64,000 nucleotides of DNA from Malacoraja senta (GCA_038087875.1 CM075995.1:10604001-10668000), one strand, 5' to 3'. Counted from the stretch's first letter, positions 13,010 through 26,005 are shown. Program-made: numbers and translations. The notes: generated from the sequence alone by a model not told the origin.

Positions 13010-15592
13010 GGCAGATGCAGTTTAATGCGGATAAATGTGAGGTTATCCACTTTGGTAGCAAATACAGGAAGGTAGATTATTATCTAAATGGTAACAAGTT
13101 GGGAAAAGGGGAAGTACAGCGGGATCTGGGGGTCCTTGTTCATCAGTCAATTTAAGTAAGCATGCAGGTACAGCAGGCAATAAAGAAAGCTAATGGCATG
13201 TTGGCCTTCATAACAAGAGGAGTTGAGTATAGGAGCAAAGATGTCCTCTGCAGTTGCACACGGCCCTAGTGAGCCAAGACCTCGAATATTGTGTGCAGTT
13301 TTGGTCTCCAAATTTGAGGAAGGACATTATTGCTATTCAGGGAGTGCAGCATAGGTTCACTAGGATAATTCCCGGAATGGCGGGATTTTCATATGTTGAG
13401 AGAATGGACGGCTGGGCATGTACACTCTGGAATTTAGAAGGATAAGAGGGTATCTTATTGAAACATATGAGATTATTAAAGCTCTAGAAATAGTGGAAGC
13501 ATTGGTGATCATTTTCCAATGTTCAATAGATTCAGGACCAGTTCCTGTGGATTGGAGGACAGCTAATGTTATCCCACTTTTCAAGAAAGGAGCAAGAGAG
13601 AAAACGGGGAATTACAGACCAGTTAGCCTGACATCGGTGGTGGGAAAGGCTGGTCAATTATTAAAGAGGTAATAATGGGGCATTTGTATAGCAGTAAAAG
13701 GATTAGTCCTAGTCAGCATGGATTTATGAAAGGAATATCATGCTTGACTAATCCTCTGGAATTTTTTGAGGATGTGACAAGTAAAATGGATGAAGGGGAG
13801 CCAGTGGATGTAGTGTATCTAGACTTTCAGAAAGCCTTTGATAAGGTCCCGCACGGGAGACTGGTGATTAAAATTAGAGCACATGGTATTGAGGGTAGGG
13901 TGTTGACATGGATAGAAAATTGGTTGGCAGAGAGGAAGAAAGAGTAGAAGTGAACGGGTCCTTTTCAGAATGGAAGGCAGTGGCGAGTGGAGTGCCGCAA
14001 GGCTTGGTGTTGGGGCCGCAACTGTTTACCATATATATTAATGATTTGGAAGAGGGAATTAGGAGCAACACTAGCAAGTTAGCGGATGACACACACTGGG
14101 TAGCAATGTGAACAGTGAAGAGGATGTTAGGAGGTTGCAGGGTGACATGGACATGTTGAGTGAGTGGGCAGATGCGTGGCAGATGCAGAATAATATAGAG
14201 AAATGTGAGGTTATCAACTTTGGTGGCAAAAACAAGGGGGCAGATTATTATCGCAATGGGGTTAGGTTAGGTTAGGTAAGGGGGAGGTACAGCGAGACCT
14301 GGGTTTCCTTGTACACGGATCACTGAAAGTTGGCGTGCAGGTACAGCAGGCAGTGAAGAAAGCTAATGGAATGTTGGTCTTCAGAACAAGAGGATTTCAG
14401 TGTAGGAGTAGAGAGGTTCTTCTGCAGTTGTATAGGGCTCTGGTAAGACCACATCTGGAGTATTGTGTACAGTTTTGGTCTCCGAATATGAGGAAGGACA
14501 TCCTTGTGATTGAGGCCGTGCAGCGTAGGTTCACGAGATTGATCCCTGGGATGGCGGGACTGTCATATGAAGAAAGGTTGAAAAGGCTAGGCTTGTATTC
14601 ACTGGAGTTTAGAAGGATGAGGGGAGATCTTATAGAAACATATAAAATTATAAAAGGACTGGATCAGCTAGACGCAGGAAATATGTTCCCAATGTTGGGC
14701 GAGTCCAGAACCAGGGGCCACAGTCTTAGAATAAAGGGGAGGCTATTTTGGACTGAGGTGAGAAAAAACGTTTTCACCCATAGAGTTGTGAATTTGTGGA
14801 ATTCCCTGCCACAGTGGGCAGTGGAGGCCAAATCACTGGATGGATTTAAGAGAGAGTTAGATAGAGCTCTTGGGGCTAGTGGAATCAAGGGATATGCGGA
14901 GAAGGCAGGCACGGGTTATTGATTGGGGACGATCAGCCATGATCACGATGAATGTGAGGTGAGGTAGAATGTGCGGTGCTGGCTCAAAGGGCCGAATGGC
15001 CTCCTCCTGCATCTATTTTCTAAGGGTTTCGACATGCTAGAAGCAGGAAACATGTTCCTGATATTTGGGGAGTCCAGAACCAGGGGCCACTGTTTAGGAA
15101 TAAGGGGTAAGCTATTTAGAACGGATATGAGGAAACACTTTTTCACACAGACAGTTGTGATTCTGTGGAATTCAGAGCGCGGTGGAGGCCGGTTCCCTGG
15201 ATACTTTCAAGAGAGACCTAGATAGGGCTCTTAAAGATATATCGGAGTCAGGGGATATGGGGAGAAGGCAGGAAATGGGTACTGACTGGTGATGATCAGC
15301 CATGATCACATTGAGTGGCACGAAGGGCCGAATGGCCTACTCCTGCACCTATATTGTCTATTGAGTTGCAAATCTGTGGAATTCTCTGCCACAGAAGCCA
15401 GTGGTGCCAATTCACTGGGTGTTTTCAAGAGGGTGTTAGGTTTAGTTCTTAGGTCTAAAGGAATCCATGGATATGGGGAAAAAGCAGGAACTGGGTAATA
15501 ATTTTAGATAATCAGCCATTATCATATTGAATGGCGGTGCTGGCTCGAAGGGCTGAATGGCCTACAGCACCTATTTTTCAATGTTTCTATGT
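13010..15592 (+). mobile_element. Stack of CR1 ORF2 and 3' fragments (about 13010-13478, 13479-15018, 15020-15360, 15362-15592)
   Basis: Motifs: NYRPVSLTS, QHGF, YLDFQKAFD, GVPQG, LADD, LVRPHLEY. Several separate 3' ends (GAAGGGCCGAATGGCCT). Confidence 0.9.
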
Positions 15593-15669
15593 GTCTAAAA
15601 GATGAAATCTGTAAGAAAGCTAGACAATTATATAAAAGAGGATAATAAAAGGTTCTTCAGATATAAAAA

Positions 15670-18600
15670 GAGTGGCCGGAGAGTCGTGGCTTCAGCGCTG
15701 CCTTGAGCTGCCAGTGGAACCTCTCCACCAGATCGTTAGCTTGCGGGTGATAAGCCGTGGTGTGGTGCAGCCGCACCCCGAGCAAGCGAGCCATGGCCGA
15801 CCACAGCTCGGAGGTGAACTGTGGCCCACGGTCCGAGGCACCCCGAAGCGAGAAATCCAGTGTGCGGACAACGCACGAGCGCATGTAGCTGTTGAATTGT
15901 CGGAGAGCGGAATGGCCTCCGGCCACCGCATGAAGCGGTTCACCATCGTGAGGAGGTGGGTGATGCCCCGGGACGGCAGAAGAGGCCCTACAATGTCTAC
16001 GTGGAGATGGTCGAATCGCCGGTGAGGTAGACCGAACTCCTTGCGCAGACCGTCCCACATGAAACGAGCGGCCACTAGTGCCGTTGTCGCACGGATTGAT
16101 GGGTGAGACAGCCCGTGGATCACCTCAAAAACCCAGGCGGCAGGGACGATGGGGCGTGGCTGACCGGACGATACATCGCACAGGATTGTCGCTCCTCCAG
16201 GACTGAGAGGGACATCCTCGAGGCGGAGGCCGGAGATGGCAGTCCGGTAGGCGGGCATCTCACCGTCCGTGAGCTGTGCCTCCGCCAGGGCAGAATAGTA
16301 AATTCCGGGCGCCACTTCGGAAATGGCGTCGATAGCGGGGCGGGACAATGCGTCGGCCACCCAGTTCTCTTTCCCCTCGACGTCGCGGATGGATGTGGTA
16401 TATTCCGAAATGTATGCCAATTGCCGCTGCTGTCGTGCGGACCAGGGTTCGGAAACATTTGCCAGTGCGAAAGTGAGCGGCTTGCAGTCCGTGTGAATGG
16501 GCGGCCCTCCAGGAAGTAGCGGAAGTGGCGCACTGCCAGGTACAGAGCCAGGAGCTCGCGATCGAACGTGCTGTATTTGGTCTGCGCGCGGTTGAGGTGC
16601 CGGCTGAAGAAGGCCAGGGGCCGCCAACCTCCATCAGTCAGTTGCTCCAGCACGGCACCAACCGCCGACTCCGAGGCGTCCACCGTGAGAGCATTCGGGG
16701 CATCTTCCCGCGGGTGCACCAGCAGTACGGCCCGAGCAAGGGCCTCCTTCGCGTCGCCAAATGCAGCCACCACCTCGTGGGTCCATTTGACGTACTTGTA
16801 CTGCCCACCCGCCAGAAGTTGATACAGTGGCCGCATGATGTGGGCCGCGGATGGCACAAAACGATGATAAAATGCCACCATCCCAACAAACTCCTGCAGG
16901 CCGCGCACCGTGTGTGGGCGTGGAAACCGACGGATGGCGTCGGCCATGTCCGGCAGGGGAACTGCGCCTTGTGAAGTCACACGGTGGCCGAGGAAGTCGA
17001 TCTCAGTTACCCCAAAACGGCACTTGGCGAGGTTGATAGCCAAACCATGCTCGCTGAGCCGCTGACAGAGCTGCCGGAGGTGGGCGCAGTGCTCCTGCTG
17101 TGAGCGGTTGGCCACCAGGATGTCGTCTAGGTAAACGAAGACAAAATCGAGGTCGCGACACACCCCGTCCATTAAGTGTTGAAAAGCCTGCGCAGCGTCC
17201 TTGAGGCCGAACGGCATCCGCGTGAACTCATAAAGTCCGAACGGCGTGATGATCGCCGTCTTGGGTACATCCTCCGGGTGGACCAGGATCTGGTTATAAC
17301 CCCGTACCAGATCGACTTTCGAAAATATTGTAGCCCCAGCCAAATGGGCGGTGAAGTCCTGGATGTGGGGTACCGGGTATCGATCCGCGGTTGTTGCGGC
17401 ATTCAACCGCCGGTAATCCCCGCAAAGTCGCCAGCCCCCGCTTGCCTTAGGGACCATGTGGTGTGGGGATGCCCATGGGCTGCTTGAAGGGCGGACGATC
17501 CCCAAGGACTCCATCGTGCGGAATTCCTGCCGTGCCAGACGCCGTTTATCCAGCGGCAGTCGCCGTGCTCGTGCGTGGATAGGTGGGCTGGTAGTTTGTA
17601 TAAAATTTACCACTGTGACTGGGGGTCGATGACCGAAACTATGGGGTCAGGATATCCGGGAACGCGGCCAAGATCCGAGCGAAGCGGGAATCCACGGACG
17701 ACAGGGGGCGTCCTACCGGGTGATCCAAATGTAACGTGATCATCTCCATCGTAGCGGCGTTGACCAAGCGCTGATGCCTGACGTCCACCAGGAATGAATG
17801 CGCCCGGAGGAAGTCGACCCTGAGCAACGGCTGGGAGCATCAGCAATGGTGAACCGCCACGAGAAATGGCAGGAGCCGAACACGATCGGGACCATGCGCG
17901 CTCCATACGTGCGGATGGGGCTGCCATTCGCCGCGGTGAGGACGGGCCCCCGCTTACCGGAACGAATGTCGGCCAGCGAAGGGGGCAGGACGCTGAGCTC
18001 CGCTCCAGTATCAACGAGGAAGCGGAGCCCGGAGCGCCGATCCCAGGCGAAGAGACGGTGAATTAGGCCGGCCGCCGCGTGAACTATTGGCAGCCGGCCC
18101 AGGCATTTCCCAGGAACGTGCACGGCTGGCGGCATTGTCGTGCTGCAGCACCCCAGCGCTGATGGCAGTAGCAGCAGCGCCTTATGTTGGTGATACTTGG
18201 AGCTTGCTGGCTCCTGTTGGTGGCACTTGCAGCTTGCTGGTGCTGGACTGCATGTGCAGTACCCAACATGGCCGCGGGGGGGGGGGGGGCGATCTTACGG
18301 GCCGTCGGGCTGGAGCTGTGGAAGGAGTGAGCTGCCGGGATGACATCATCGGTGCGCCTGCCAACGGCCAGCGCGTTGACGTCATCAGGGCGCGTCGTCC
18401 TCAGCACGTCCCCGTGTCTGCTGACGGCCAGCGCGTTGACGTCATCAGGGCGCGCCATCCACAGCACGCCGGCACACCTCCCGAGGGCCCTGATGTCGGC
18501 GAAGGAGGCGTTTGTGAGCTGAAGACAGATGTAGGCCGGCAGCAGATGGAGGTAAGTATACTCAAACAGCGTGTGCCCATCCAGGAGAGCAACCATCTCC

Positions 18601-18945
18601 CTTAGGAGGCTTGATAGTCGTCGGTCGCCTAAGCCCTCCATATGAAGGAGCCTGGCAGCACGCTCCATCCTGCTGAGTCCATAAATCTGGAGCAGGAGCT
18701 CCTTAAGGCCGAGGTATTTATCGGTGGCCGGGGCGGCTGCGAGGAAGTCCGTGACCTCTTCAACCGTGTCCTGGTCGAGGGCCCCCACCAGGTAATAGAA
18801 ATGGGTGGCATCGACTGTGATGCCCCGCAGGTTGAATTGGGCCTCCGCCTGCTGGACCCAGATGTGCGGCTGGGTGGTCCAGAAGGTGGGCAACTTTACA
18901 GAGACCGTGTCCAGAAACAGGGCCGGGCCGGCCTGTGAGGTGGTA
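15670..18945 (-). mobile_element. GC-rich Ty3/Gypsy internal region in standard PR-RT-RH-IN order, frameshifted, no LTRs recognised
   Basis: Gag VKLPTFW...QAEAQF (18084-18986), protease FLVDTGA (17740-18135), RT YLDD and RH VDASE (16120-17613), integrase HGLSHP, HVDIVGPL, SDRGPQF and YHPQAN..VER. Confidence 0.93.
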
Positions 18946-18961
18946 GGGCTTTCTGTAGCTA

Positions 18962-19006
18962 AATAGAGACAGAGACATAGAGACATAGAGACATAGAGAC
19001 AGAGAT

Positions 19007-19063
<57 letters not shown>

Positions 19064-19223
19064 TAGAGAGATAGATAGAGAGATAGAGATAGAGAGAGAG
19101 GAGGAGGGAGGGGGGGAGGGGGGAGGGGAGGGAGGGAGGGAGGGAGGGAGGGAGGGAGGGAGGGAGGGAGGGAGAGAGGGAGAGAGGGAGAGAGGGAGAG
19201 AGGGAGAGAGGGAGAGAGGGAGA

Positions 19224-19264
<41 letters not shown>

Positions 19265-19447
19265 AGGGGGAGGGAGGGAGGGAGGGAGGGAGGGAGGGAG
19301 GGAGGGAGGGAGGGAGAGGGAGAGGGAGAGGGAGAGGGAGAGGGAGAGGGAGAGGGAGAGGGAGAGAGGGAGAGAGGGAGAGAGGGAGAGAGGGAGAGAG
19401 GGAGAGAGGGAGAGAGGGAGAGAGGGAGAGAGGGAGAGAGGGAGATT

Positions 19448-19473
<26 letters not shown>
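18962..19473. repeat. Compound purine-rich microsatellite: (AGAGAC/AGAGAT)n, (GGGA)n, (GGGAGAGA)n, (GA)n
   Basis: Directly visible in the sequence. Confidence 0.98.
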
Positions 19474-19481
<8 letters not shown>

Positions 19482-19505
19482 AAATTAATAATTAAAATTA
19501 AACCA

Positions 19506-21436
19506 ACCTTTCGCAGCGATTACAGCCTCAAGTCTTCTTGGGTATGATGCCACAAGCTTGGCACACCTGTATTTGGGGAATTTCTCCATTTCTCCTCTGC
19601 AGATCTTCTCAAGCTCTGTCAGGTTGGATGGCGAGCATCGATGCACAGCTATTTTCGGGTCCCTCCAGAGATGTTCGATGGGGTTGGGCCACTCAATGAC
19701 ATTCACAGACTTGTCACGAAGCCATTCCTGCGTTGTCTTGGCTGTGTGCTTAGGGTTGTTGTCCTGTTGAAAGGTGAACCTCTGCCCCAGTCTGAGGTCC
19801 AGAACGCTCTGGAGCAGGTTTTCTTCAAGAATCTCTCTGTACTATCCGTCATTCATCTTTCCCTCGATCCTGAATAGTCTCCCAGTTCCTGTCGCTGAAA
19901 AACATGCCCACAGCATGATGCTACCACCACCATGCTTCACTGTAGGTATGCTATTGGCAGGTGATGAGCGGTGCCTGATTTCCTCCAGACATGATGCTTG
20001 GTATTCAGGTCAAAGTGTTCAATCTTGGTTTCATCAGACCAGAAAATCTTGTTTCTCATGCCTCTTGCAAACTCCAAGTGGGTTGCTATGTGCCTTTCAC
20101 TGAGGAGTAGTTTCAGTCTGGCCACTCTACCATAAAGGCCTGATTGGTGGAGTTCTGCAGATATAGTTGTCCTTCTGGCCAGGGGCGTAAAACCCGGGGG
20201 GGGGTGGGTGCAGAGGGGACACGTCCCCCCCCCATGTTTTGAGTGGTGGGGGACATCCCCCCCAAGTTTTTGTGATCCGTATTTTAAAATCTCCGCTTTC
20301 CGCGAGACAGTGGGGGTGGGACTGATGATCGAGGGCTCGATGTTTGGAGGAGGAAGGAGTGGGGGGGGGGGTGGGACTGAGAATAGAGTGCGGCGATTGT
20401 AGGAGGGAGACGTGGCACAGACGTGCGCCTCATCCGCAGGCAGGATCGATCCTGGCCGGGTCTCCGGCGCTGTCCCGAATGCCCCCCCCCACGGGTGGCC
20501 AGAGAGGTCGGGAGTCAGACGCGCACTGAACCCCCAGGCTCACAGCCAGCGCAGAGAAGCAGCGCTAAACCCAGCTCAACTCTGCCTGTCCCACCAGGTG
20601 AACCTGCCTGGGCTTGCGGGAAATATGGCCAGCGCGGAGATGCAGAGCTAGTGTCCCATCAGTCCAGCCAGGGCTGTAGTTAACCCGGTGAGACAGGCAG
20701 AGTTGAGCTGCATTTAGCGCTGGATTGAGCCGCCGAAGCCTCGCGCACGCTGTGTGAGTGTGCGCAAGCGCGCGCGTGTGTGTGAGTGTGCGCATGCGCG
20801 CGCGGCTGCCAAAAAATTGTGTCCCCCGTCCCCTCCATGTTTTGTTAGCGAGTTCTGCTCTTGCTTCTGGCAGGTTCTCCCAGCTCCACAGAGGAACTCT
20901 GGAGCTCTATCAGAGTGACCATCAGGTTCTTGGTCACCTCCCTGAACAAGGTCCTTCTCCCCCAATTGCTCAGTTTGGCCGGGCAACCAGCTCTATGGAG
21001 AGTTCTGGTGGTTCCAAAGTTCTTCCATTTAAGAATGACATAGGCCATTGTGCTTTTCGGGACCTGCAATGCTGCAGAAATTTTTTTATACCCTTCCCAG
21101 GTCTGTGTCTCGAAACAATTTGAGACTGTGTCTCTGAGCAGTATCGGAGGTCTACTGAAAATTCCTTCTTCATGGCTTGGTTTTTGCTCTGAGGGACCTT
21201 ATATAGACAGATGTGTGCCTTTCCAAGTCATGTCCAAACAATTTAATTTACCACTGGTGGACTCCAATCAAGTTGTAGAAACATCTCACGGATAATCAAT
21301 GGAAACATGATGAACCTAAGCTCAATTTTGAGTGTTATAGCAAAGGGTCTGAATACTTATGGAAATGTGATATTTCAGTAATTTATTTTTAATTACTTTG
21401 CAAAAATTTCTAAACACCTATTTTCGCTTCTTTATT
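19506..21436 (-). mobile_element. Tc1/mariner transposon, degenerate, one end truncated; the other TIR continues at 25825-25948
   Basis: WSDETKIE, NPIEHLW, paired-like N-terminus (EFSVDLR...IVSRH, VPKST) and Tc1-type DR GGTCTGAATACTT. Confidence 0.9.
20180..20863. mobile_element. Non-autonomous hAT-type element inserted in the Tc1
   Basis: 8-bp TSD CTTCTGGC (20172-20179 and 20864-20871). Left end CAGGGGCGTA, right end degenerate, subterminal GGGGACA/TGTCCCC motifs. Confidence 0.8.
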
Positions 21437-24400
21437 GAATGAATACTTTATTGTCATTATAACATGTAAACATGTACAATGAAATTAGAAATGCCAACCA
21501 GTCAGTGCACACATTTTCTTAGAGCAAAAGTCTAAGATAAACAACTAAAATAAATAACATGAAAAAAAAACACATTCTTCTGTCGATTTCACAGTCCCTT
21601 TGGTGTGTAGCGCACCTGTACTCATTTGGTGGCTACATTAAGTGTATTTATTGCTGTGGGATAAAAACTGTTTTTGAGTCTGTTTGTCCTTGTCCTCATT
21701 GATCTGTACCGTCTGCCTTGACGGCAGCAGTACAAACAGGGAGTGGAAAATGTCCTTTATGATCTTCTTGGATTTTTTGAGACAATAGGAACTGTGTAGG
21801 TCCTTCAAGGTGAGGACAGGGCAGCCGATAATCTTCTGGGCGTTGTCAATTGCCCTCTGGAGCGCTTTCCTCTTAGCCGCTGTGCAGCTGGTGTACCACA
21901 TGCATACACAGTATGTTAAGATGCTCTCAATTGAGCATCGATAAAAGGATAGCAGCAGTCTCTGGGTGATGTTGTTCTTCCTGAGCACCCTCAGGAAGTA
22001 CAGTCTCTGCTGGACCTTTTTCAGCAGCGCAGAGGTGTTCACGCTCCAAGTCAGGTCCTCCTCAATGTGGATTCCCAGGAAGCGGAAATCCGCCACCCTT
22101 TCCACACAGTCCCCATCGATGATTAGTGGTGTAATGTCCGTTTTCTTCTTCCTGTAGTCAATTATGAGCTCCTTGGTCTTTGAGGTTCTTGGTTCTTGGT
22201 TTCTTGGTCCTCCAAAATATTCCAAATGGAATTTAAACTGGAGGTGTTGAGGAGCAGGTTATTTTCTCCACACCACCCTGTCAGCTGCTCCACCTCATCC
22301 CTGTAGGCGTACTCATCCCCCCCCAGAGATGAGCCCCACCACCGTGGTGTCATCCGCGAATTTAACAATGGTGTTACTGTGGTGGGCGGGGGTGCAGTCA
22401 TATGTGTAGATGGTGTAAAGCAGGGGGCTCAGCACGCAGCCCTGTGGAGAGCCGGTACTGAGGCTGAGGGCCGTAGATGTGTGACGGCCCACTCTGACTC
22501 TCTGACTGCGACCCGACAGGAAGCTCTTTATCCACATGCAGGTGGAGTGTGGAAGTCCCAGGTCCCCCAGTTTGTCCACCAGTTTGTGGGGAAGGATGGT
22601 GTTAAAAGCAGAGCTGTAGTCCACAAAGAGCATCCGCACGTTCCAGATGTGACAGTGCAGCATGGAGGGCTGTGGCTACAGCATCCTCTGTGGATCTATT
22701 CGCTCTATACGCAAACTGGTGGGGGTCAAAGCTTCGGGGCAGGAGTGATGTGATGTGACCCCGGACCAGTTTTTCAAAACACTTCATCACCACTGGTGTG
22801 AGTGCGACTGGCCGGTAGTCGTTGAGACTGGAAATGTGGGGTTTTTTGGGCAAGGGGACTATGGTGGAGGACCAGACAGGATGGGACAGTGGACTGGGCC
22901 AGAGACTGGTTGAAAATCCTCGTAAAGACTCCAGCCAGCTGGTCTGCGCAGTCCTTCAGCAAGCGTCCAGAAACGCCGTCGGGTCCAGCAGCCTTCCTCG
23001 GATTAATGGCCCGCAGCGTGCGCCTCACCTCATGCTCCTCTATTTTGAGGGATAAGCTGCTGTGGACCATGTGGTGTGATATGGCTGTCTCTGGTGGCTC
23101 CACTTCAAAGCGAGCAAAGAAGAGGTTCAGCTCCTCTGCCAGCGAGGCGTCACCTTCAGCAGCTCCAAGGTTGTTCTTGTAGTTGGTGAGATACTGGATC
23201 CCCTGCCACACCTGCCTGCTGTTGTTACTGTCCAGGTGGTCCTCTATCCTCCTTCTGTAGTCTGATTTGGCCTCTCTGATGCCTCTCTTCAGGTTAGCTC
23301 GGGCCGTGCTGTATAAAGCCCTATCGCCAGACCTAAAACCGGTGTTTCTCTCTTTTAACAGCCGCTGGACCTCCCTGGTCATCCAGGGCTTCTGGCTGGG
23401 GTAGACCTGGATGAATTTGTCCACTGTGACAGTGTCCATGCAGTTTTTAATGTAACATAGTACACTGTATGTGAACATCTCCAGGTCCTGGTGATCAAAC
23501 ACATCCCAGTTGGTCCTGTCGAAGCAGTCCTGCAGCTGCTGAGAGGCGCCATCAGGCCAAGTTGTGATGGTCTTTGTAATGGTAGGAGCAGTTTTCCTGA
23601 GGGGGGCATATGCAGGAATTAAAAGCAGGGACATATGGTCAGACTGGCCCAGGTGTGGTAGTGGTCTAGCCCTGTAGCCCAGCTTGATTTTGGAGTGGAC
23701 CTTGTCCAATGTGTTAGCTCCTCTTGTAGCACATTTAACATGCTGATAGAATTTGGGGAGCATTGCCTTCAAGTCCGCGTGATTAAAGTCCCCTGCTATG
23801 ATGTGAACAGCGTCAGGATATGTGCTCTGATGGCTGCTAGTGCTACCATACAATTGTCCGATAGCCGAGTTCGCATTAGCATCCGGTGGTATGTATACCA
23901 AAGTTATCAAAGTCTACAGAGAGATTTAGGCCATTTGGAAGAGTGGGCTGAAAGATGGCAGATGGAGTTTAATGCTGACAAATGTGAGGTGCTACATCTC
24001 GGCAGGACAAATCAAAATAGGACGTACACGGTAAATGGTAGCGAATTGAGGAATGCAGTTGAACAGAGGGATCTAGGAATAACTGTGCATAGTTCCCTGA
24101 AGGTGGAATCTCATGTAGATAGGGTGGTAAAGAAAGCTTTTGGTGTGCTGGCCTTTATAAATCAGAGCATTGAATATAGAAGTTGGGATGTAATGTTAAA
24201 ATTGTACAACGCATTGATGAGGCCAATTCTGGAGTATGGAGTACAATTTTGGTCGCCTAATTATAGGAAGGATGTCAACAAAATAGAGAGAGTACAGAGG
24301 AGATTTACTAGAATGTTGCCTGGGTTTCAGCAACTAAGTTACAGAGAAAGGTTGAACAAGTTAGGTCTTTATTCTTTGGAGCGCAGAACGTTAAGAGGGG

Positions 24401-25482
24401 ACTTGATAGAGGTCTTTAAAATTATGAGCGGGTTAGACAGAGTGGACGTGGATACGCTTTTCCCATTGAGAGTAGGGAAGATTCAAACAAGGGGACATGA
24501 CTTGAGAATTAAGGGACAGAAGTTTAGGGGTAACATTAGGGGGAACTTCTTTACTCAGAGAGTGGTGGCTGTGTGGAATGAGCTTCCAGTGGAAGTGGTG
24601 GAGGCAGGTTCGATGTTATCCTTTAAAAATAGATTGGATGGGTATATGGACGGGAAAGGAATGGAGGGTTATGGTCTGAGTGCAGGTAGATGGGACTAGG
24701 GGGGAGTATTTATTTTTAATTTAAAAAAAAAAAAAAATGTTCGGCACGGACTTGAAGGGCCTGTTTCCGTGCTGTTATGGTTATATGGTTATGACGACAG
24801 TAAACTCTCTAGGGAGATAAATGGGCCTGCATTTAACAGTATCATACTCCAGGTCCGGGGAGCAGTGACTGTCTACAATCACTGTGTTAGTACACCAGTT
24901 GTTGTTCACGTACACACAGAGCCCTCCTCCTCTGCTCTTACCAGAGTCTTTTGTCATGTCATGACGCTGTGCGGTGTAGCCTGTTAGCTCGATAGCAGAG
25001 TCCGGAATGAGTGAATGAAGCCATGTCTCCGTGATCAACAGAATGCAGCTGTCCTTCACGGCGTTGTTAGCTGCAGTTTGTAGCCTTAGTTCATCCATCT
25101 TGTTAGCGAGGGATCTGGCGTTCGTGAGAAACAGGCTGGGAAGCAGTGGTTTGAGTGGCTGCCTCCGTAGCCTGGCTAGCGCACCGGCCCTGCCGCCTCG
25201 CTTTTTCCTTCTCTCTCTGCGCCGCCTTCGCCTCCTCCCCGCTGGGATGGTAATCCACGGAGAGCCGGGGCTCCTCGCTATGTCCACCGGGATCCTATGT
25301 AAACGGACAAACTCGGCTGTCACACTCCGCTCGCGACCAGCTCCAATCCTAAGGAGATCATGCTTGCTATAGACGTTGTTCGCCCGACAGTAAGTATGCA
25401 GGACAACATGTGCGAACACGAAAAACACAAAACACCAACCGGGAGAACATTTAGCCGCTGCAACTGTGTGCGCCGCCATCTT
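21437..25482 (-). mobile_element. Near full-length Rex1/Babar-type LINE (APE plus RT), frameshifted and interrupted by CR1
   Basis: 5' end AAGATGGCGGCG. APE motifs NARSL, TETWL, GGGLC, GDFN, SDH. RT motifs [27 protein letters not shown]-terminal KTKELIIDY and AATAAA..ATTCATTC tail. Confidence 0.88.
23899..24792 (+). mobile_element. 5'-truncated CR1 (young subfamily) inside the Rex endonuclease domain
   Basis: Near-identical to 2102-2756. It splits the host frame REFTVVIT / VYIPP. Confidence 0.92.
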
Positions 25483-25544
25483 ACAAAAAATAAATATATA
25501 TAACAAAATGTGAAAATATAATGAAGAGGTCTGAATACTTTCTG

Positions 25545-25827
25545 TATATATGTATAAATATATATAAATATATATAAATATATATAAATATATATATAAA
25601 TATATATATAAATATATATATAAATATATATATAAATATATATATAAATATATATATAAATATATATATAAATATATATATAAATATATATATAAATATA
25701 TATATAAATATATATATAAATATATATATAAATATATATATAAATATATATAAATATATATAAATATATATATAAATAAATATATATATAAATATATATA
25801 AATATATATAAATATATATAAATATAT
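25545..25827. repeat. AT microsatellite (TATATATATAAA-type)
   Basis: Directly visible in the sequence. Confidence 0.97.
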
Positions 25828-25948
25828 TCTGGGGTATTGGGTGTAGATTGCTGATAAAAAAATTTTTTAATACATTTTAAAATAAGGCTGTAACATAACA
25901 AAATGTGAAAATATAATGAAGAGGTCTGAATACTTTCTGAATGTCTGT
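25825..25948 (-). mobile_element. Displaced outer part of the Tc1 terminal inverted repeat
   Basis: The minus strand reads TA-CAGACATTCAGAAAGTATTCAGACC. It continues the Tc1 sequence broken at 21436. Confidence 0.8.
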
Positions 25949-26005
25949 ATGTCTGTTCAAATCTCTCAGACGACTGAAGGTGATTCAATGTGATACTGAA
26001 GGTGA

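Noticed and set aside
86..18938. Numerous + strand ORFs over the two Gypsy families
   Set aside because: Antisense shadows of gag/pol frames with no recognisable domains.
23695..24699. 334-aa novel fusion protein
   Set aside because: Chance read-through from antisense Rex sequence into a truncated CR1 ORF2.
25320..25988. 222-aa ORF
   Set aside because: Mostly (IY)n read through an AT microsatellite.
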